A stretch of DNA of 64,000 nt from Candidatus Latescibacterota bacterium (GTDB lineage: Bacteria > Latescibacterota > UBA2968 > GCA-2709665): assembly GCA_963667175.2 (NCBI GenBank), contig CAXXXF010000016.1, positions 64,001 to 128,000 on the forward strand, read 5' to 3'. The notes under the pieces were generated by a model. It did not search any database and was not told the DNA's origin. It saw only the letters and a list, made by a program, of their open reading frames with translations. Within the stretch, counting starts at the first letter, position 1, and every line of letters begins with the position of its first letter. This document shows positions 59,527 to 64,000 of the stretch, piece after piece. Both the position numbers and the translations under genes were made by a program.

Positions 59527-61983
59527 TTACAGCGTGCGTGCGGTTTCAACCTGTTCATAGGCCTCGATCACGTCGCCGAGTTTGGTGTCGTTGAAATTCT
59601 CCAGGCCGATACCGCACTCAAAACCGGACTGTACCTCCCTCACGTCGTCCTTGAACCTGCGCAGGGACCCGATCCGGCCCTCGTAGACCACGACATTGTC
59701 CCGCAGCACCCGCACCAGTGCGCTACGGGTCATTCTGCCGTCGGAGATGTAACAACCGGCGATGATTCCCACCCGGGGCACCTGGAACGTCTCACGTACC
59801 TCCGCCGATCCAACAATCTGTTCATCGACGTCCGGTGTGAGCAGCCCGGCAAGCGCCGCCCTGATGTCTTCAACCGCTTCGTAGATGACACGGTAGGAGC
59901 GCACATCGACTCGTTCCTGCGCAACCACCTCGCGTGCGCGTACGTCCGGCCGCACATTAAAGCCAATGATGATCGCATCCGAAGCGGACGCGAGCAGGAC
60001 GTCGGATTCGGAAACCGCGCCCACGCCTCGATGGATCACGTTGATCCGCACCTCGTCGCTGGGAATCTGCATCAGGGAATCGTGAAGCGCTTCCACGGAA
60101 CCGTCGACGTCGCCCTTGAGAATCAGGCGCAATTCCTGGACCTGTCCGGCCTTGATCTGATCGTGAATGTCGACCAGGCTCACCCTGCGTATCCGGTGGG
60201 CCTCCCGCTCACGGCGCAACTGTTGTCTCTTCTGGCTGATTTCCCTGGCGGTGCGTTCGTTTTCCACCGAATAGAAGGTATCTCCGGCCTGAGGAAGTCC
60301 GGACAGGCCGAGCACCTGAACCGGCACCGAGGGGCCCGCTTCGGCAACCCGGTGTCCGCGCTCGTCGAGAAGCGCCCTCGCCCTGCCGCTGTAGAGGCCG
60401 GTGACGAAGGTATCGCCCACTCTGAGCGTCCCCTCCTGAACCAGCACGGTTGCCACGTTGCCCCGGCCGCGGTCCAGGCGTGCCTCCACGATAGCGCCTT
60501 TGGCGCGTTTGTCGGGGTTGGCCTTGAGCTCCAGCAGATCCGTTTCCAGAGCCAGCAACTCGAGTAGATCCTTTACGTTCTCGCCGGTCTTTGCGGAAAT
60601 TTCACAGGACTGAACCTTGCCCCCGTATGCTTCGAGGATGACGTTGTGTTCCGTCAGTTGCCGCTTGATTCGATCCACGTCCGCGCCGGGAAGGTCGATT
60701 TTGTTGATGGCAAGCACAATGGGTACGCCCGCGGCGCGGGCATGGTCGATGGCTTCCACCGTCTGCGGCATGACGTTGTCGTCGGCCGCCACGATCAGGA
60801 CAACCACGTCCGTCACCTGGGCTCCCCTGGCGCGCATTGCTGTAAACGCCTCGTGACCGGGCGTATCCAGAAACGTCACCATCCGGTCGTTATTCAGATT
60901 GACGTGATAGGCGCCGATGTGCTGGGTGATTCCTCCTGCCTCGCCCGCCACCACGTTGGTGTTGCGAACGTAGTCCAGCAGGGATGTCTTTCCGTGGTCT
61001 ACATGACCCATTATGGTCACCACCGGCGGACGCGGCTTGAGGTCGTCCACCTCGTCTTCGTCTTCCTGTTCCAGCACGTCTTCCGCGAATTCCTGGAGCT
61101 CCTCGACCCCGATGCCGAACTCGTCGGCAACCAGGGTAATGGTGTCCATATCCAGCCGTTGGTTAATGGTGACCATGAGTCCCAGCGTGAGACACTGTTT
61201 GATCACATCGGTCAGCGGAACGTCCATCAGTGCCGAAAGCTCGCCGACGGTGGTGAACTCTTTGACCTTGATAACGCGGTCGACCTCCACCTCTTCGTCG
61301 ATCTCCCCGTCGTCTCTGCGGCGACGCCGGCGCGACCGCGTCGTGCCCGTCTCCATCTGAGCCATCGTGCGACGCACGCTGGCTTCAATCTCCGTCTGGT
61401 CGGGAGCGGGCCTGCCGCGGCGTCGGCGACGTCGCCTGCCGTCACCACGTTCGGGGGCGGGCTTGCCCCCTTTCTGCGATGTTTCGGCCTGCCTGCCCGG
61501 CCCTGCCGTGCTTGCAGCATCGGCCGACGGTTCTCTTCGCGCCGTATCGCGCCTCCGCCTGCGCGTTGCCTCGTCATCGCGAATTTCACGAATCTCGACA
61601 GCCTCACGGACGGGCGTGGCAGGTCTGGGTTTGTCCGCGGCTTTGGACGCGGGCTTTTTCGCGCTTCGTGATCTGGGGGTCGCCGGTGTTTTCCGGACGT
61701 CTTTTTCGGGTTCCCGTCGCTGTCTTTTCTGCGCGGACTTGCGTTTGATTTCCTGGCGGGAGGCGTTTCGCTCCTCCTCGAACTTGCTCTGGATACGATC
61801 GAACATATCCTTCGTACACACAGCCATGTGGTTCTTGACGTCGAACCCCAGACCTCTGACCACGTCCACCATCGCGACGCTGGAGAGGTTAAACTCCCGC
61901 GCGACCTCGTAGATTCGGCGTTTCTTGTCATCGGAGGATTCGGGTGACCCCTTAGCCGTATTTGGCGGCGCTTTTCTGATCAT
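59527..61983 (-). CDS. infB: Translation initiation factor IF-2
   Basis: [51 protein letters not shown]; ATG 61983 after GGAGGT (alternative GTG 61995). Confidence 0.97.
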   Translation of the reverse strand: MIRKAPPNTAKGSPESSDDKKRRIYEVAREFNLSSVAMVDVVRGLGFDVKNHMAVCTKDMFDRIQSKFEEERNASRQEIKRKSAQKRQRREPEKDVRKTPATPRSRSAKKPASKAADKPRPATPVREAVEIREIRDDEATRRRRRDTARREPSADAASTAGPGRQAETSQKGGKPAPERGDGRRRRRRRGRPAPDQTEIEASVRRTMAQMETGTTRSRRRRRRDDGEIDEEVEVDRVIKVKEFTTVGELSALMDVPLTDVIKQCLTLGLMVTINQRLDMDTITLVADEFGIGVEELQEFAEDVLEQEDEDEVDDLKPRPPVVTIMGHVDHGKTSLLDYVRNTNVVAGEAGGITQHIGAYHVNLNNDRMVTFLDTPGHEAFTAMRARGAQVTDVVVLIVAADDNVMPQTVEAIDHARAAGVPIVLAINKIDLPGADVDRIKRQLTEHNVILEAYGGKVQSCEISAKTGENVKDLLELLALETDLLELKANPDKRAKGAIVEARLDRGRGNVATVLVQEGTLRVGDTFVTGLYSGRARALLDERGHRVAEAGPSVPVQVLGLSGLPQAGDTFYSVENERTAREISQKRQQLRREREAHRIRRVSLVDIHDQIKAGQVQELRLILKGDVDGSVEALHDSLMQIPSDEVRINVIHRGVGAVSESDVLLASASDAIIIGFNVRPDVRAREVVAQERVDVRSYRVIYEAVEDIRAALAGLLTPDVDEQIVGSAEVRETFQVPRVGIIAGCYISDGRMTRSALVRVLRDNVVVYEGRIGSLRRFKDDVREVQSGFECGIGLENFNDTKLGDVIEAYEQVETARTL

Positions 61984-61991
61984 CGGCCCAG

Positions 61992-63491
61992 TCACCTCCC
62001 CTCAATCCCGGATGCGTCGCCGACCTGATCCTCTTCCGATGCCGCCGCCTCCATCGCCGCGTCTTCTTCCGAACGTTCAACGACCTCGTCCACGACCGGC
62101 TCGTCGCCTGCTTCTTCCGCGGCCGCAGCGGCAGCCGCGGCTTCTTCCTCAGCAAGTCGCGACGCTGCGGCTTTCTCCTCGGCGAGTCGCGCCGCTTCCT
62201 CGGCCCGCTGCCGTTCCAGTTCCTCGCGATAAGCCTGGACTTTGACCGAGACGACCTCATCAGCCGCGCTCTGGATTTTTGCGCCGGTGGACTCCCCGAT
62301 TCCGGGCACGTCGAGCAACCGGACGAGCGAGACGTCCACAAGGTCGTTGGCGGACTGTATTCCCGCAGCCTCGAGACGTTCGAGCATGACTTTGCCCACG
62401 CCGGCGACTTCCGTCAACGGAACAAATGTCGCCGCGCGTTCATCCTGCAGTTCTTGGAACCGGGTTTCGGTGATAATGTCGACCTTCCATCCGGTCAGTT
62501 GCGCGGCCAGTCGGGCGTTCTGCCCCGATTTGCCAATGGCGAGCGACAACTGGTCGTCGTCGACGATTGCCGTCATCGTTGTCTTGTTTCGATCGACCAC
62601 CACACGTTTGACCATGGCGGGGCTGAGCGCACGGGAGAGAAAGATGGCTTCGTCGTCGCTCCAGGGCACGATGTCGATCCGCTCGTTGCTCAGTTCCCGA
62701 ACGACCGCCTGAACCCTGGAACCCTTCATCCCCACGCAGGCGCCGACCGGATCGATACGGGCGTCGTTCGAATACACCGCGATTTTTGCCCGCTCTCCAG
62801 GTTCGCGGGCGACGGCCCTGATTTCGATGATACCCTCGTAGATTTCAGGAACCTCAAACTGAAACAGCTTAACCAGAAACTGCGGATGTGTACGGGAAAG
62901 GACGACCTGCGGACCCTTCGACGTGCGGAGAACGTTGACCAGATAGGCACGGATGGGGTCTCCCTGGCGGTAGCGCTCCTTGCGAATCTGCTCCTTGAGC
63001 GGAATGACCGCCTCGGTGCGCCCCAGATTAATCAGAATATCGCCGTGGCTGATCTGCTGGACGGTGCCGCTGATGATCTCGCCGATTCGACTCTGATAGT
63101 CCTCGTAGATTTTCTCGCGCTCGGCTTCCCGCACCCGCTGGATAAGGATCTGCTTGGTGGACTGAATGGCGTTACGGCCGAAATCGGCAAACCTGAGCAA
63201 CTCCCTGACTTCCCCGTTGACTTTGACGCCGGGTTCGATCTCGCGGGCTGCCGTAAGTCCGATCTGCAGGGCGGGATCCTCGACCTCCTCGTCTCCGACG
63301 ACGGACTTGGTGGCAAAAACCTCGATATTGCCGGAGTTGACGTCGATATTCACCTCGACGTTGTCCGACGTGCCGAACCGCCTCTTGGTTGCGGAGAGCA
63401 GCCCGATTTCCAGGGTTTCGATCACGAGCGCCCTGTCAACGTTTTTTTCCTGGGCAATCTGGCCCAGCGCCTCAAGGACTTCGTAGTTCAA
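61992..63491 (-). CDS. nusA: Transcription termination/antitermination factor NusA
   Basis: FGRNAIQSTKQ, EVPEIYEG, AREPGERAK, DPVGACVG, LAIGKSGQNARLA; TTG start after GAGGAG; acidic tail. Confidence 0.97.
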   Translation of the reverse strand: MNYEVLEALGQIAQEKNVDRALVIETLEIGLLSATKRRFGTSDNVEVNIDVNSGNIEVFATKSVVGDEEVEDPALQIGLTAAREIEPGVKVNGEVRELLRFADFGRNAIQSTKQILIQRVREAEREKIYEDYQSRIGEIISGTVQQISHGDILINLGRTEAVIPLKEQIRKERYRQGDPIRAYLVNVLRTSKGPQVVLSRTHPQFLVKLFQFEVPEIYEGIIEIRAVAREPGERAKIAVYSNDARIDPVGACVGMKGSRVQAVVRELSNERIDIVPWSDDEAIFLSRALSPAMVKRVVVDRNKTTMTAIVDDDQLSLAIGKSGQNARLAAQLTGWKVDIITETRFQELQDERAATFVPLTEVAGVGKVMLERLEAAGIQSANDLVDVSLVRLLDVPGIGESTGAKIQSAADEVVSVKVQAYREELERQRAEEAARLAEEKAAASRLAEEEAAAAAAAAEEAGDEPVVDEVVERSEEDAAMEAAASEEDQVGDASGIEGR

Positions 63492-63503
63492 GAGAACATC
63501 TCC

Positions 63504-63953
63504 TCAAAATTCGAAATGGAGGTTGGCTTTTCTTACGTCGGCCGCCGGGACGACCTGGATCCGGCCGCCGACGTTGAATACCAACTCGGCCCCGTCGTAT
63601 CGAGTGAGGCGGCCGACCAACACGCGCCCGCCTTCCAGTATGACCTTAACGGCCCGGCCGACGGCTCGTCTGTAGTCCCGATCGGACTTGAGCGGCCGGT
63701 CGAGGCCGGGTGAAGAAACCTCGAGGACGTAGCGCCCGCTGATCGGATCGTGAGTATCCAGAACATCCGCGATACCGCGGCTGAGGCGCGCGCATTCATC
63801 AACGGTGACGCCGTCTGTTCGATCCACGTCGATGCGTAGCGTTCTGTTCCTGGGACTGCCCGAGAGTTGCAGATCGACCAGCTCCGCGCCCTGGTACTTC
63901 AGATAGGACGCGATCAGCTTTTCGATGGCTTCCTGAAGCGCCGGATCGTTCAT
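63504..63953 (-). CDS. rimP: Ribosome maturation factor RimP
   Basis: LRIDVDR.DGVTVDEC...YVLEVSSPGLDRPL. Confidence 0.95.
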   Translation of the reverse strand: MNDPALQEAIEKLIASYLKYQGAELVDLQLSGSPRNRTLRIDVDRTDGVTVDECARLSRGIADVLDTHDPISGRYVLEVSSPGLDRPLKSDRDYRRAVGRAVKVILEGGRVLVGRLTRYDGAELVFNVGGRIQVVPAADVRKANLHFEF

Positions 63954-64000
63954 AAACCGGAAATGCAACTTTAGGTCCAGATATTCAAAAGAGCGGGCAC

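Noticed and set aside
63980-64000. Possible 3' arm of a rimP leader hairpin (minus strand GCCCGCTCTTTT)
   Set aside because: Truncated by the window edge, so the stem cannot be verified.

Overview
GC-rich bacterial chromosomal segment with Shine-Dalgarno-led genes. It is probably from a diderm FCB-group organism such as a Latescibacterota/Gemmatimonadota-like lineage (inference from a FlgD/T9SS-like C-terminal domain and the gene order). The window appears to span the replication terminus: a dif-like site lies at 48235-48262 and most genes on both sides point toward it. Left to right: a partial hypothetical gene; a large secreted protein with five lamin-tail domains behind a sigma54-type promoter; a small PC4/whirly-like protein; a PP2C phosphatase; an aldehyde dehydrogenase; HU/IHF; a truncated class V aminotransferase; a selenocysteine-containing NAD-linked formate dehydrogenase operon (in-frame UGA plus SECIS, possible Moco-type leader). 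Next is an uncharacterised methyl/formyl-amine-type catabolic cluster (homocysteine methyltransferase fused to a SAM methyltransferase, two SDRs, a DMFase-like amidase, a BHMT-like enzyme, a ThDP enzyme, an MgdA-like oxidoreductase, a multi-Rid protein). Then comes a six-gene hybrid RND/ABC transport operon in which an AcrB-type permease is fused to an ABC ATPase that is itself split by a membrane insert; this is the top candidate for an undescribed system. After it are a CdaA-YbbR diadenylate cyclase, a TPR protein, a multiply frameshifted heparinase-like/beta-propeller gene, dif, an HTH-coiled-coil gene, gcvT, leuS, asnS and the rimP-nusA-infB-DUF503-rbfA-truB-ribF-rpsO-pnp operon. Three copies of a MITE-like element (two 193 bp, one 123 bp) are present. 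No rRNA, tRNA or CRISPR array was recognised. All calls come from reading the sequence by eye; no searches were run.
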